64,000 bases of DNA from an uncultured Gemmatimonadaceae bacterium. Lineage in GTDB: Bacteria; Gemmatimonadota; Gemmatimonadetes; Gemmatimonadales; Gemmatimonadaceae. Position 1 is the stretch's first letter, and every line of letters begins with the position of its first letter. Below the pieces are notes generated by a model that was not told the origin of the DNA, made no database searches, and worked only from the letters and a program-made list of their open reading frames with translations. A program made the position numbers and the translations under genes. The stretch lies in assembly GCA_963817955.1 (NCBI GenBank), contig CAWFQK010000002.1, forward strand, positions 96,001 through 160,000, read 5' to 3'. Positions 35,330-45,680 of the stretch are shown one piece after another.

Positions 35330-37917
35330 TGGCCATGCGACAGTTGTTCGATCTCGCATGGCGCGAGAGCCGCACGGCGAGACGCCGGCTTCTGCTCTAC
35401 ATGTCGTCGATATCGCTCGGCGTCGGCGCCCTCGTGGCCATCGATTCGTTCTCCGAGAACGTCATCCAGTCGGTCCACGAGCAGTCGCGGGCGCTCATGG
35501 GCGGCGACGTGATGGCGCACCGCAATGCACCGGCTACGGCGGCAGTGGACTCTCTCGTCGATTCCCTGGCGCGCAGCGGTGCGCCCTCCGCACGGTCCGT
35601 GAATTTCATGTCGATGGCGCTCATGCCGCGCACCGGAGGAACACGACTCGTGCAGGTGCACGCGGTGAGCGCCGGCTATCCATTCTATGGACAGATCGTC
35701 ACCGATCCGGCTCCGGCGTGGCGGAACCTGCAATCGGGGCACAACATTGCCGTCGATCCGTCGCTGCTCGTGTCGCTCAACGCCAACGTCGGCGATACAG
35801 TGGCGCTCGGCGTCGCGAAGTTCGTCATCAGCGGCACACTCATCAGTGTGCCGGGCGACGTCGGCATTACCGCGGCAATCGGACCGCGCGTCTATATCCC
35901 CGAGCGATTTGTCGGCGAGACCGGACTGCTCGTCTTCGGCAGCCGCGCGGAATATGAGACGTTGTTCAAGCTGCCGCCCACCATCACCGCCGACCTGTTT
36001 GTCGCCCGCTACTCGCGTCGGCTCATGCTAGGAACCACGGGGTCAGTGCGTGCAGCCGGCTACAACGAGTCGAGGCTGGCCAGCGCCATCGATCAACTGC
36101 ACGACTATCTCGCCGTCGTCGGGCTCGTCGCGTTGTTGCTCGGCGGAATCGGCGTCGCGAGCGGCGTGCATGCATTCGTCATGCGCAAGATCGACCCGGT
36201 CGCGATCCTGCGCTGCCTTGGCGCCACGAGCTGGCAGGTGCTCACCATCTACACCGTGCAGGCAGCGGTGATGGGATTCATTGGGGCGCTGGGTGGCGTG
36301 GTGCTCGGCGTCGGCATTCAGTTTCTGATGCCGTACGCATTCAAGGATTTCCTGCCGGTGGACGTCAACGTGCGACTCGCTCCGCCGGCAATTCTGTTGG
36401 GATTGGGCGTTGGCGTATGGGTCGCGCTGCTCTTCTCACTGCGTCCGCTCGTCGCACTGCGCCGCGTCTCGCCCCTCCAGGCGCTACGTCGCGAGCCGGA
36501 TGCCGACGCCCTCAAGCGGTCGCGACGCGATCCCCTGCGTCTGCTCGTCACCCTGGCCATTGTCGCGAGCGTGTTCGCGCTGGGATTGAGCCGCGCGAAC
36601 ACGTTCGCACGCGGACTGGGCTTTACCGCGGCAATAGGCGGCGCGATCGGCATTCTGTGGCTGAGCGCCGCGCTGCTCTCGTGGATTGCGAGACGCAGCC
36701 TGCGCCCATCCTGGTCGTTCCCGCTGCGTCAGGGAATTGCCAGCTTGTATCGCCCGGGCAATCAGACGCGCGCCGTGGTGCTGGCGCTCGGCTTTGGCGT
36801 GTTCCTCATTGGCACGCTGTACCAGGTGCAGCACAACATTCTTCGCTCTCTCGACGTGCGACTTGGCGAAGCCCGTTCGAACGTCGTGTTCTTCGACGTG
36901 CAGGAGAGTCAGCGCGCCGGCATCGACTCAGTCGTGCGTGCCGGGCACAACGAATTGATCGACGAGACGGCGATCGTGCCCATGCGCATCGCGTCGATCA
37001 ATGGCAAAGCGGTCAGCGACATCCTCGCCGAAGCGCAGCGCTCGCGCGGGAGCACGCGCGGTGGCCGGGGAGGGGGGGACCGCGGCCGCCGCGGCGGTCC
37101 CTGGGCATTGCGGCGGGAGTTTCGGTCGACGTATCGCGATACTCTCACTGAATCCGAGCGGCTCGTTGCCGGCACGTGGTTCACGCATCGCGCCGACGGC
37201 CTCGGGCAGGTGTCGCTCGATTCGAGTGTCGCCGGCGAGCTCGGCGTGAAACTGCGTGATACGATCACGTGGAACGTGCAGGGCGTGCTCATCCCGACCG
37301 TGGTGACGAGCCTGCGCGAGATCAAGTGGCAGAGCTTTTCGCCGAACTTCTTCGCCGTGTTCGATCCGGCCTCGCTGGCGCAGGCACCAAAGCAATTTGC
37401 CATTCTGGTCCACGCGCCGACGCCGACCGCGATCGCGCATCTGCAGCGCGACGTCGTCGCGCGTTACCCGAGCGTCTCCAGCCTTGATCTCACGTTCATA
37501 CAGCAGACCGTGACGAACGTGCTCGGCAAGGTGACAATGGCCGTGCGCTTCCTCGCCCTCATCAGCCTGGCACTGGCAATTCCGGTGCTCTTCAGCGCGG
37601 TGGCGGCGACGCGTCGTGAGCGGCTGCGCGAGGGCGTGCTACTCAAGACATTGGGCGCGACCCGACGACAGATCACCCGCATCATGCTGGCCGAGTACAC
37701 GCTGCTCGGCGCACTCGGCGCACTCACGGGTGTGCTGCTGTCGACGTTGGCCGGGTGGGCCTTGATGCACTGGATCTTCCGTTCGGCCTTCGTCCCGGCG
37801 ATCGCGCCGTCGGCGATCGTCGCATTGGCGATGATCGGTCTCGCGGTGGCCATCGGGCTGCTCACCGGGCGCGACGTGTTCGCCGAAACGCCGATGGCAG
37901 CCCTGCGGGAGAACTAG
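35329..37917 (+). CDS. ybbP: ABC transporter permease (YbbP-like)
   Basis: 862 aa with two FtsX-like halves; YPFYG and ILRCLGA; coupled to the ATPase. Confidence 0.88.
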   Translation: MAMRQLFDLAWRESRTARRRLLLYMSSISLGVGALVAIDSFSENVIQSVHEQSRALMGGDVMAHRNAPATAAVDSLVDSLARSGAPSARSVNFMSMALMPRTGGTRLVQVHAVSAGYPFYGQIVTDPAPAWRNLQSGHNIAVDPSLLVSLNANVGDTVALGVAKFVISGTLISVPGDVGITAAIGPRVYIPERFVGETGLLVFGSRAEYETLFKLPPTITADLFVARYSRRLMLGTTGSVRAAGYNESRLASAIDQLHDYLAVVGLVALLLGGIGVASGVHAFVMRKIDPVAILRCLGATSWQVLTIYTVQAAVMGFIGALGGVVLGVGIQFLMPYAFKDFLPVDVNVRLAPPAILLGLGVGVWVALLFSLRPLVALRRVSPLQALRREPDADALKRSRRDPLRLLVTLAIVASVFALGLSRANTFARGLGFTAAIGGAIGILWLSAALLSWIARRSLRPSWSFPLRQGIASLYRPGNQTRAVVLALGFGVFLIGTLYQVQHNILRSLDVRLGEARSNVVFFDVQESQRAGIDSVVRAGHNELIDETAIVPMRIASINGKAVSDILAEAQRSRGSTRGGRGGGDRGRRGGPWALRREFRSTYRDTLTESERLVAGTWFTHRADGLGQVSLDSSVAGELGVKLRDTITWNVQGVLIPTVVTSLREIKWQSFSPNFFAVFDPASLAQAPKQFAILVHAPTPTAIAHLQRDVVARYPSVSSLDLTFIQQTVTNVLGKVTMAVRFLALISLALAIPVLFSAVAATRRERLREGVLLKTLGATRRQITRIMLAEYTLLGALGALTGVLLSTLAGWALMHWIFRSAFVPAIAPSAIVALAMIGLAVAIGLLTGRDVFAETPMAALREN

Positions 37918-38205
37918 CGGGAGAACTCGCGGGAGATCTCGTGCGAGAACGCGGCGGGTTTCACACCCGGCGTCTGCGCGTTTGCGGATACGCGCGCGGC
38001 GCAGGCAAGGAACAGCCCGGTCGTGAACGCAAGGAAGGCGCGCTGCAGAAACTTCTTGTCGAGATGCATTTAAGGCGGGAAACTGCGGAGACTGGAACGG
38101 AGGCGAGAAACGGTAGGAAGGGCGTCGCGTGACCGGGATCCGTATGAGAAGGACGACCAGCCGGCCGCTTTGGCAAACTACTCGGGGTCGCAGCCGTTCG
38201 CGTCG

Positions 38206-39462
38206 TTAGCGAACGAGCGGCTCGTCCACGCGCACGGGCACCGAGATGGCATAATTCTCTGTCCCGTCGCCTCGCTGGCCAGACAGGCCAAGCCCCCAGC
38301 AGTACAGATTGCCGCGTGTGGTCACGCCGCACGAGTGGCTTCCAAAGCCTGTGCTGATTTCCGTGAATTGTTCGCGGCCGAAGACTGGAAATGGCTTCGT
38401 GCTGCAGGGCAACCGCTGGTCGCCACAGCTTTCGGTGAGCAGCGACGGCGAGACGCCGAGCTGCCCGAAGCTGTCGTCGCCCCAGCAGTACGCCGCCCCA
38501 CTCGTGACAATTCCGCAGCTCTGAGCGATGCCCGAGCTCACCTGCAGGAACTCGAGATCCGTAGCGACCCGCAGCGGAGTGGTGCTGCCATCCTGCGTGC
38601 CGGTGCCCATCTGGCCCCGCGGGTTTGCTTCCCAGCAATAGGCAAAGCCCGAGCGATCTGTGCCGCAGGTGGCGAACGTGCCGACGCTCACCGAGGCCAT
38701 CGATGGCGCGCCTGGAACGAGCTGCGGCGTAGACTGCACGCGCGTGTTCTCGAGGCCATCTCGATCATCCGTCCACACCGCGCCCCAGCAGTACACCGTA
38801 CCGGTGGTCGTTCGGGCACAGGTACGCTGTTGGCCGGCACTCACCGTGGCGATCGGCGCCGCGATGGACACGCGTACGATGCCGCCACTACTCGTCAGCG
38901 TGCCGACTCCGAGCTGACCACGGTCGTTGCCCCCCCAACAGAATACCACTCCGTCGGTGCGGACGGCGCAGGTGTGCGTGGCGCCAGCGCTGATCTGTGC
39001 CCATCCCAGGGCGCCGGGTACGCGCACGAGCGTCGGTCCACCAATGGCGAAGTCGGCCACTTGGCCCTGGTCGTTGGCGCCCCAGCAGTACGCTTCACGG
39101 GACGCCGTGATCGCACAGGTGTGTCTCGCACCAGCACTGATGGCGGCGAATTGCACCCCCGGCTGCACCGCCGCGGGCCGAATGCTGCACCCGAACTTCG
39201 CGTCCCCCGTGCCGCAAGTCGTGTCGAAACGCGCCACCCCAAGCTGGCCGAATCGGTTGTCGCCCCAGCAATATGCGGCTCCGTTGGACTTGATGCCGCA
39301 TGTGTGATCGCCGCCGACGGACGCAACGGCCCAGTCGTCCTGTCCGGCGTCATCGAGCACGGCAAAGCTCCGCACGGATGTCGTAGGTTCAGTACAGGCA
39401 ACGATCGCCAGCAAGCTGACGCCGGCCCATAGCTCGCGCAGGTTCAGATGAGGACGGACCAT
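38206..39462 (-). CDS. RCC1-repeat lipoprotein
   Basis: IVAC lipobox; about seven HTCxxxxxGxAYCWGxNxxGQLG repeats. Confidence 0.9.
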   Translation of the reverse strand: MVRPHLNLRELWAGVSLLAIVACTEPTTSVRSFAVLDDAGQDDWAVASVGGDHTCGIKSNGAAYCWGDNRFGQLGVARFDTTCGTGDAKFGCSIRPAAVQPGVQFAAISAGARHTCAITASREAYCWGANDQGQVADFAIGGPTLVRVPGALGWAQISAGATHTCAVRTDGVVFCWGGNDRGQLGVGTLTSSGGIVRVSIAAPIATVSAGQQRTCARTTTGTVYCWGAVWTDDRDGLENTRVQSTPQLVPGAPSMASVSVGTFATCGTDRSGFAYCWEANPRGQMGTGTQDGSTTPLRVATDLEFLQVSSGIAQSCGIVTSGAAYCWGDDSFGQLGVSPSLLTESCGDQRLPCSTKPFPVFGREQFTEISTGFGSHSCGVTTRGNLYCWGLGLSGQRGDGTENYAISVPVRVDEPLVR

Positions 39463-39582
39463 CGTGGAACAAGTTAGCAAGAGAAAGCGATTCGCCGCCG
39501 CGCTGATCTTCGGCATTGTCCTGACAACGATCGAACTGGGAATCCTGGTCTGGATGACGAACTGCTGAGTGGGAAGGCAATA

Positions 39583-39644
39583 GAGACACGAGACACGAGA
39601 CACGAGACACGAGACACGAGACAGGGACACGGGACACGGGACAC
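39583..39644. repeat. 7-bp tandem repeat
   Basis: GAGACAC x5, GAGACA, GGGACAC x3 in a divergent intergenic region. Confidence 0.9.
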
Positions 39645-39694
39645 GGGAAGCTCATTAATTCAGTCGTTTCCGACGCGGGCCGATACTGGAGTCC

Positions 39695-40978
39695 ATGGAG
39701 ATACTCGTCGCGCGCCAACCGGTGTTCGATCGACAGGAGCAGCTCTACGGCTACGACCTGGTACTTCGGCGCCCAGGCCAGGGCGCTGGGCAACCACTCC
39801 CGGAACAGTTGGTCGCCGATGCCTTTCTCGGCATCGGTATCGATCAGGTCGCGGCCGGACACCGGGCCATCATCACCGTCGATCGAGACATGTTGGTGAG
39901 TGGCGCCGTGCGCCTCCTGCCTGCTGAACGGGTCGTGCTGCAGGTTGCTGGCCGGCCCGGGATTGACGACCAACTACTCCAGGCTTGCGACCAGCTCGTG
40001 TGGAGCGGCTACCGTTTCTCCATTGCGACCGATAGACCAGAAGAGTTGTCGGAGGAATTGCTGCGGCTGGCCGAGATCGTGAAAGTGGACGTCCCCGCCA
40101 CGGATGCGACCATGCTCCCCGACCTCGCGGCGTGGCTCCGGAGCTTCGAGGTGCGACTGCTCGGAGTCCATGTGGGCCACCGCGTCGAACGGGACAGGTG
40201 CACCGGCCTCGGTTTCGAGCTGTTCGAGGGCTATCGCTTCGCGGCTCCGGAGATGCTCGCACGCCGCGACCTCCCGGTCGAGCACATTCTCACCTTTCGG
40301 CTCCTCAAGATGGTGCGCGATCCGCAGACGTCGGACGCTGAAATCGAGGGAGTGTTGCGCCGCGATGTGGCTTTGTCCTACAAGCTCCTGCGCATGGTCA
40401 ACTCGGCTGCGGTCGGCGGGCGAGACATCTGGTCGATCGGGCACGCACTGCGCCTGCTCGGTCGCGAGCAGGTATCCAGGTGGCTCGGCCTCCTGCTGGT
40501 GACGGACGGTGCGCACGATGGAGTACGGGCAGAGCTCATGCACCTGGCGCTGGTTCGCGCACGCATGTGCGAGCTCCTGGCCGAAGCCTCGGGCATCCCG
40601 CGCGCGCGCGGTCCGCTCTTCCTCGTCGGCATGCTGTCGCTGCTCGATCAGTTGCTCGAGACACCAATGAAGCTGCTGGTGGATTCCATGGAACTGGCGC
40701 CGGACGTGCGCGTCGCACTGCTGCACCGGCAGGACTACTACGGCTCGGTGCTCGGTCTGGTGGAGGCATACGAACAAGGGTGGTGGGACCACGTGGACTC
40801 CCTCGCCGCGTCCGTGGGGGTCGTTCCGGTGGTCCTCGCGCCGTTGTACCTCGACGCGATCACCTGGGCGACGGCACACATCCCGCGCTCGACCGAGAAC
40901 GCACCGACTCGCCCGCATGCGGCGCCCGCCGCGCCTGTCGCGCGCGCCGGCGGGAGTCGGATTCTACGCCGCGGCTAG
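39695..40978 (+). CDS. EAL-like plus HDOD domain protein
   Basis: VARQPVFD..YDLVLR (degenerate EAL), DVALSYKLLRMVNSA, RARMCELLA and FLVGMLSLLD. Confidence 0.88.
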   Translation: MEILVARQPVFDRQEQLYGYDLVLRRPGQGAGQPLPEQLVADAFLGIGIDQVAAGHRAIITVDRDMLVSGAVRLLPAERVVLQVAGRPGIDDQLLQACDQLVWSGYRFSIATDRPEELSEELLRLAEIVKVDVPATDATMLPDLAAWLRSFEVRLLGVHVGHRVERDRCTGLGFELFEGYRFAAPEMLARRDLPVEHILTFRLLKMVRDPQTSDAEIEGVLRRDVALSYKLLRMVNSAAVGGRDIWSIGHALRLLGREQVSRWLGLLLVTDGAHDGVRAELMHLALVRARMCELLAEASGIPRARGPLFLVGMLSLLDQLLETPMKLLVDSMELAPDVRVALLHRQDYYGSVLGLVEAYEQGWWDHVDSLAASVGVVPVVLAPLYLDAITWATAHIPRSTENAPTRPHAAPAAPVARAGGSRILRRG

Positions 40979-41063
40979 CCGGCCCTCGAACCATCTAGCG
41001 AGTTGCACTGTCGAAGACAGCGTCAGGCAGCTATCGTCGCACACACACTATCAACGTGGTGCG

Positions 41064-42128
41064 ATGATGAGACGCCTACTCGCCGCAATTCTGTCGTGCG
41101 GCGTGGCCGCGGCTGGCCACGCCCAGAGCTTTCGGGGCAACGACTATATCGCCAAGAACTTCAAGTTCGAGAGCGGAGAAACGCTTCCCGAGCTACGCCT
41201 GCACTACATCACCCTCGGCCAGCCGCGGAAGGACGCGGCCGGCGTGGTGCGCAACGCCGTGATCGTGGTGCATGGCACCACCGGTTCCGGCAACGCATTC
41301 ACCAGCCGGACGTTCGCCGGGGAGTTGTTCGGCCCCGGACAGATCCTGGATACGGCGAAATATTTCGTCGTCCTTCCCGACGCGATCGGACATGGCAAGT
41401 CGAGTAAGCCAAGCGATGGCATGCATGCGCATTTTCCCAAGTACACGTACACCGACATGGTGGACGCGCAGCACGAACTGCTCACGAAAGGCCTGGGGGT
41501 CAACCACCTGCGACTCGCGATGGGCACGTCGATGGGCTGCATGCACGCGTGGGTGTGGGGCGAACGGTATCCGAGTTTCGTGGATGGCCTCGTGCCGCTT
41601 GCCTGTGCGCCGACTCAGATCGCCGGCCGAAACCGTATGATCCGCACGATGCTCATGGACTTCATTCGCAACGATCCCGGGTACGCTGCGGGCGACTACA
41701 CGTCGCAGCCGGCGGGACTCCGTCCGGCAATGGGGATGTTGTTCCTCATGACGTCAGCGCCGAAAGTGCAGAACCGTCAGGCGCCGACACGCGACAAGGC
41801 AGATTCGGTCATCCGGGCGTATCTCGACCAGGCCGTGCGCACCCATGACGCCAACGACGTCGTGTACGCCTTCGATGCCTCGCGCAACTACGACCCGTCC
41901 ACAGACCTCGAGAAGATCACAGCGCACGTGCTGGCAATCAATTCAGCCGACGACTTCGTCAATCCGCCGGAACTCGGGTTCATGGAGCAGCTCATGCCGC
42001 GCGTGAAGCACGGGCAGTATGTTCTGCTTCCGATCACGGAGCAGACCCGAGGACACGGCACGCATTCGCTCCCGGCGGTCTGGAAGAATCATCTCGCCGA
42101 ATTCCTTCAATCGTTGCCCCAGCAGTAA
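41064..42128 (+). CDS. Secreted alpha/beta hydrolase, homoserine acetyltransferase-like
   Basis: HGTTGSG, GTSMGCM nucleophile elbow, NSADD and GHGTH; signal peptide. Confidence 0.85.
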   Translation: MMRRLLAAILSCGVAAAGHAQSFRGNDYIAKNFKFESGETLPELRLHYITLGQPRKDAAGVVRNAVIVVHGTTGSGNAFTSRTFAGELFGPGQILDTAKYFVVLPDAIGHGKSSKPSDGMHAHFPKYTYTDMVDAQHELLTKGLGVNHLRLAMGTSMGCMHAWVWGERYPSFVDGLVPLACAPTQIAGRNRMIRTMLMDFIRNDPGYAAGDYTSQPAGLRPAMGMLFLMTSAPKVQNRQAPTRDKADSVIRAYLDQAVRTHDANDVVYAFDASRNYDPSTDLEKITAHVLAINSADDFVNPPELGFMEQLMPRVKHGQYVLLPITEQTRGHGTHSLPAVWKNHLAEFLQSLPQQ

Positions 42129-42146
42129 GACCTTTCACGGCATCTC

Positions 42147-43076
42147 ATGCGCTCTTTCCGCCACGCCGTTCTCTGCGCCTCGCTCGCGGCCCCTGCCCTG
42201 CTTGGGGCGCAGTCCTCCACCTATGCGCCATTCGTGCTGACGATCCCGGCGAGTGTGCGTGCGCTCTCGATGGGCAACGTCGGTGTCGTCAGTCGTGACG
42301 ATGACGTGCTGTTCTACAATCCCGCGCAGCTTGCGATCGCACGCGGAATGAGCATGTCGGCGGAGCGGTTCTCACCGACGACCCTCACCGGCGCCCTGTC
42401 GTCGGTCACACGCCTCGCAACGGGCGGGATCGCCGTTGGCGCCATCGTCGCGGACTTCGCTGCGCCACCAGGCTATCCGGTCGACCGCAGTACCGTGTTC
42501 AGCACCGGTCCGGCCCATGGCACGAGCACGGGCCTGGTGGTGGGAGCGGCGCAAGTGATCAAGAATTTTCGGATAGGCGCCGCGGCGAAGTACGTTGAAG
42601 ACCGCGTCGACACCGTTCGCAACGGCCGGGCGGCGTTCGACCTGGGACTCGGCCGAGACTTCTTCGGCTACTCGTTCGGACTGGCCGTGCAGAATATCGG
42701 ATCGTCGTACACCCCGCCGCAACCGATTCCCTCGTTCGGGACGCCAATACCGCTGTCGAACGTTCGCATGCCGCTGCGCACGACATTCGGCGTTGGCCAC
42801 AGCACGTCAGCGGGACCGTTCGACATCGCGGCCACGGCCGCGGCATCGCTGATTCGTGTCGACTTCTTCAGTCCCGCCGCCGGGGCCGAGATCGGATACA
42901 GTTGGCTCGATGGCTACAACATCCTGCTGCGCGCTGGCGTCCGCCGCCCCGCGCCGGGAGAAGGCTCGATCACCGCGGGCGCCGGTTTCGTCATGGATCG
43001 CTTGTCGATCGATTACGCGATCGAGGCGGCCACGGGGTCACACATCGCACACCGACTCGGCTTTCGTATTCGCTAA
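42147..43076 (+). CDS. PorV/PorQ-like outer membrane beta-barrel
   Basis: PASVRALSMGN...LFYNPAQLA, GLAVQNIG and IDYA...HRLGFRIR. Confidence 0.7.
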   Translation: MRSFRHAVLCASLAAPALLGAQSSTYAPFVLTIPASVRALSMGNVGVVSRDDDVLFYNPAQLAIARGMSMSAERFSPTTLTGALSSVTRLATGGIAVGAIVADFAAPPGYPVDRSTVFSTGPAHGTSTGLVVGAAQVIKNFRIGAAAKYVEDRVDTVRNGRAAFDLGLGRDFFGYSFGLAVQNIGSSYTPPQPIPSFGTPIPLSNVRMPLRTTFGVGHSTSAGPFDIAATAAASLIRVDFFSPAAGAEIGYSWLDGYNILLRAGVRRPAPGEGSITAGAGFVMDRLSIDYAIEAATGSHIAHRLGFRIR

Positions 43077-45022
43077 TGTCTGCTCATACTCCCATGCGAC
43101 GTCTTTCATTCGCTGCCATCGCCGTCGTCCTCGCCGGCGCCTGTACGCAGGCGCTCAAGTTGACGAAGGACGACTCCCCAACTGTCCTGTCGCACCAGCT
43201 CATCACCGCGTCCAATCCCGGCGAACCGGGCAGCTATGCGGTGAAGATGCTGTACTACGGCAGCGGCACCGACAAGCGACGCGCCGAGTTCCGTGACTCC
43301 GTCACGATCAAGACCAAGGCGGTCGATGTGTCGCCGTTCGTGTCGGCGGAGCCTGCCATGGCCAAGGCCCGCGAGAAGGACTGGGGGTTCGGCCTGAAAC
43401 AATCGCCGATCAACGGCCGGGTGTGGTATCCGGTAGGAGAGGGACCGTTCCCGCTCGTGTTGATCGTGCACGGCAATCACAACCCCCTGGACTACTCCGA
43501 TCCGGGCTATCGCTACCTGGGCGAACTGCTGGCGTCACGCGGCTTCATATTGGCGTCCGTTGATGAAAACTTCATCAATGGCAACCTGCGTGGCGAGAGC
43601 GACGGCCGGGCCTGGCTGCTTCTCAAGCATCTCCAGGACTGGAAGCGGTGGAACGATAGCGTCGGCAGCCCATTCTACCACAAGGTGGACATGAGCAACA
43701 TCGCGCTCATGGGACATTCGCGCGGCGGCGAGGCGGTCGGCATTGCCGCGGCCTTCAACCGGCTGAGCCACTACCCCGACGATGCGAACGTGAAGTTCAA
43801 CTTCAACTTTGCCATCAAGTCGGTGTTCGCGATTGCACCGGTGGACGGGCAGTACAAGCCAGCGGGGGTGTGGACGCCAATCGAGAACGTGAACTACATG
43901 GTGATCCACGGCTCGCACGACGGCGACGTCTCGTCGTTCAACGGACTGCGGACCTTTCAGCGGATCAGGTTCACCGACGGCAAGCCGTGGTTCAAGACGG
44001 CCTGGTACGTGTACCGCGCCAATCACGGACAGTGGAATACCGTATGGGGCAATACGGACGGCGGACCGCGGAGCGGCCGGTATCTCGACCTGCGCGGCCT
44101 CATCACGCCGGACGAACAGCGCCAGTTCAGCAAGGTCGTGATCAGCGCATTTCTCGAGGCGACGCTGCACGGCAAGGCCGAGTACTTGCCAATGTTCCGC
44201 GACCATCGGGTGGCCGGGGCGTGGCTGCCGAAGACCATGTACATCACCCGCTTTCAGGAAGCCGGATTCAAGCCGCTCGCCACATTCGACGAAGACGTGG
44301 ACGTCACCACCGGCTCCGTGCCAGGCGTGACGATCAGTGGCGACAGTCTCGCAACCTGGAAGGAAAACGCGCTCACCCTGCGCAGCGGCCAGAATGATCC
44401 GATCAACACCAACGCGGTCACACTCGGCTGGAACAATCACATTCGCGGCGACGACACCACCAAGATCGGGAAGCCGGCGTCGTACACGATTGCGCTGAGC
44501 GACTCACTCGTCACCGCATTGAACGTCAGCCGGGCATCGTCGATCTACCTGTCGCTCGCGCCGACCGATGCGAAACCCGGACCGCGCGCTCCGGCGCGGG
44601 ATACGACGAAGAAGGACAGTACGGCCAAGGACGCGAAAGCGAAGCCGCCGGCCAAGAAGCCGGATGCGAAGGCGGGGAAGGACTCGACACCGGTCGATCT
44701 CACCGTCGAGGTGACTGACGCCGGTGGCCACGTCGCACGCCTGCCGCTCAGCCGATTCGGTGTGCCGCGGCGCCCGCTCGAGATACATATCCTCCGGCGG
44801 CGCGACGAGGAACAGCAGCGATTCCCGACGCAATTCGAGATGGTATTGCAGACATATGTAATGCCTTTGACCGACTTCGAGCGAGCAGCGCCTGGTTTCG
44901 ATGCAGCGCACCTCCGCTCGATCCGGCTCGTCTTCGACCGGCTCGTGGCGGGCACCGTGGTGGTCGACGACGTCGGTATCTCGTCGTCTACGGCACCTTT
45001 TGTCGCAGTCAGCGAGCCCTGA
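43076..45022 (+). CDS. Alpha/beta hydrolase lipoprotein
   Basis: LAGAC lipobox; GPFPLVLIVHGNH, GHSRGG, HGSHDGDV and ANHGQWN. Confidence 0.85.
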   Translation: MSAHTPMRRLSFAAIAVVLAGACTQALKLTKDDSPTVLSHQLITASNPGEPGSYAVKMLYYGSGTDKRRAEFRDSVTIKTKAVDVSPFVSAEPAMAKAREKDWGFGLKQSPINGRVWYPVGEGPFPLVLIVHGNHNPLDYSDPGYRYLGELLASRGFILASVDENFINGNLRGESDGRAWLLLKHLQDWKRWNDSVGSPFYHKVDMSNIALMGHSRGGEAVGIAAAFNRLSHYPDDANVKFNFNFAIKSVFAIAPVDGQYKPAGVWTPIENVNYMVIHGSHDGDVSSFNGLRTFQRIRFTDGKPWFKTAWYVYRANHGQWNTVWGNTDGGPRSGRYLDLRGLITPDEQRQFSKVVISAFLEATLHGKAEYLPMFRDHRVAGAWLPKTMYITRFQEAGFKPLATFDEDVDVTTGSVPGVTISGDSLATWKENALTLRSGQNDPINTNAVTLGWNNHIRGDDTTKIGKPASYTIALSDSLVTALNVSRASSIYLSLAPTDAKPGPRAPARDTTKKDSTAKDAKAKPPAKKPDAKAGKDSTPVDLTVEVTDAGGHVARLPLSRFGVPRRPLEIHILRRRDEEQQRFPTQFEMVLQTYVMPLTDFERAAPGFDAAHLRSIRLVFDRLVAGTVVVDDVGISSSTAPFVAVSEP

Positions 45023-45445
45023 TCAGCGAGCCCTGATCGGCGCCGCGCCGATCAGGGCTCGCACGCGGTTCAACAAGACGTCCGCTGTAAACGGCTTGGG
45101 AAGAATGACATCGGGATCGTTCAACGTGCTGCGAATCGCTTCCTCATCCATATATCCGGAGATGAGGAGGAGCGGCGATCCTGGTTGGACGCGGCGGAAA
45201 TGCGCTGCCAGCTCGATGCCATTCATGCGCGGCATCTTGATGTCGCTGATCAGCAGATCGACCGGCTCCGGCAACTGGCGCAACGCCTCGAGCGCATCCA
45301 CACCGTCGCATCCTTCGAACACCCGATAGCCGGCTTGGACGAGGATGCGCGCGGTGAGCTCACGTACGCCTTCGTTGTCATCCACGATGAGTATCGTGTT
45401 GCCGGTAGGCGACCGCATGACGGGCCCGTCGATAGCAAACGGCAT
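45023..45445 (-). CDS. Single-domain response regulator
   Basis: ILIVDD, LLISDIKMP, ISGY and LPKPF. Confidence 0.88.
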   Translation of the reverse strand: MPFAIDGPVMRSPTGNTILIVDDNEGVRELTARILVQAGYRVFEGCDGVDALEALRQLPEPVDLLISDIKMPRMNGIELAAHFRRVQPGSPLLLISGYMDEEAIRSTLNDPDVILPKPFTADVLLNRVRALIGAAPIRAR

Positions 45446-45680
45446 CACTGTCGCTCCCCGCAATGGTTCAGCTCGAAAAAAATGAAGTCTTCGTTCGCGC
45501 CAGTGGCACTCCGCACGCTCTCATAGAGAAGGAACGGCGCGTTGAGGTCGGGTTCACGATGGTGTGACGAAATCGGCACGCGGAAGATACGGGACTGCAC
45601 AGCTTGTCGCTACGAGAAGAAGCAATATACGTTCGTCCATATGCCCGCGTCGCGCGTCGGTTCGGGGGAGGTGTGGGCGC

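Noticed and set aside
37907..37950. GGGAGAACT-like 12-bp repeats after ybbP
   Set aside because: Short degenerate duplication of the gene end, with no further structure.
42147..43076. PorV-like gene as evidence of a type IX secretion system
   Set aside because: No other T9SS components in the window; the family call itself is moderate.
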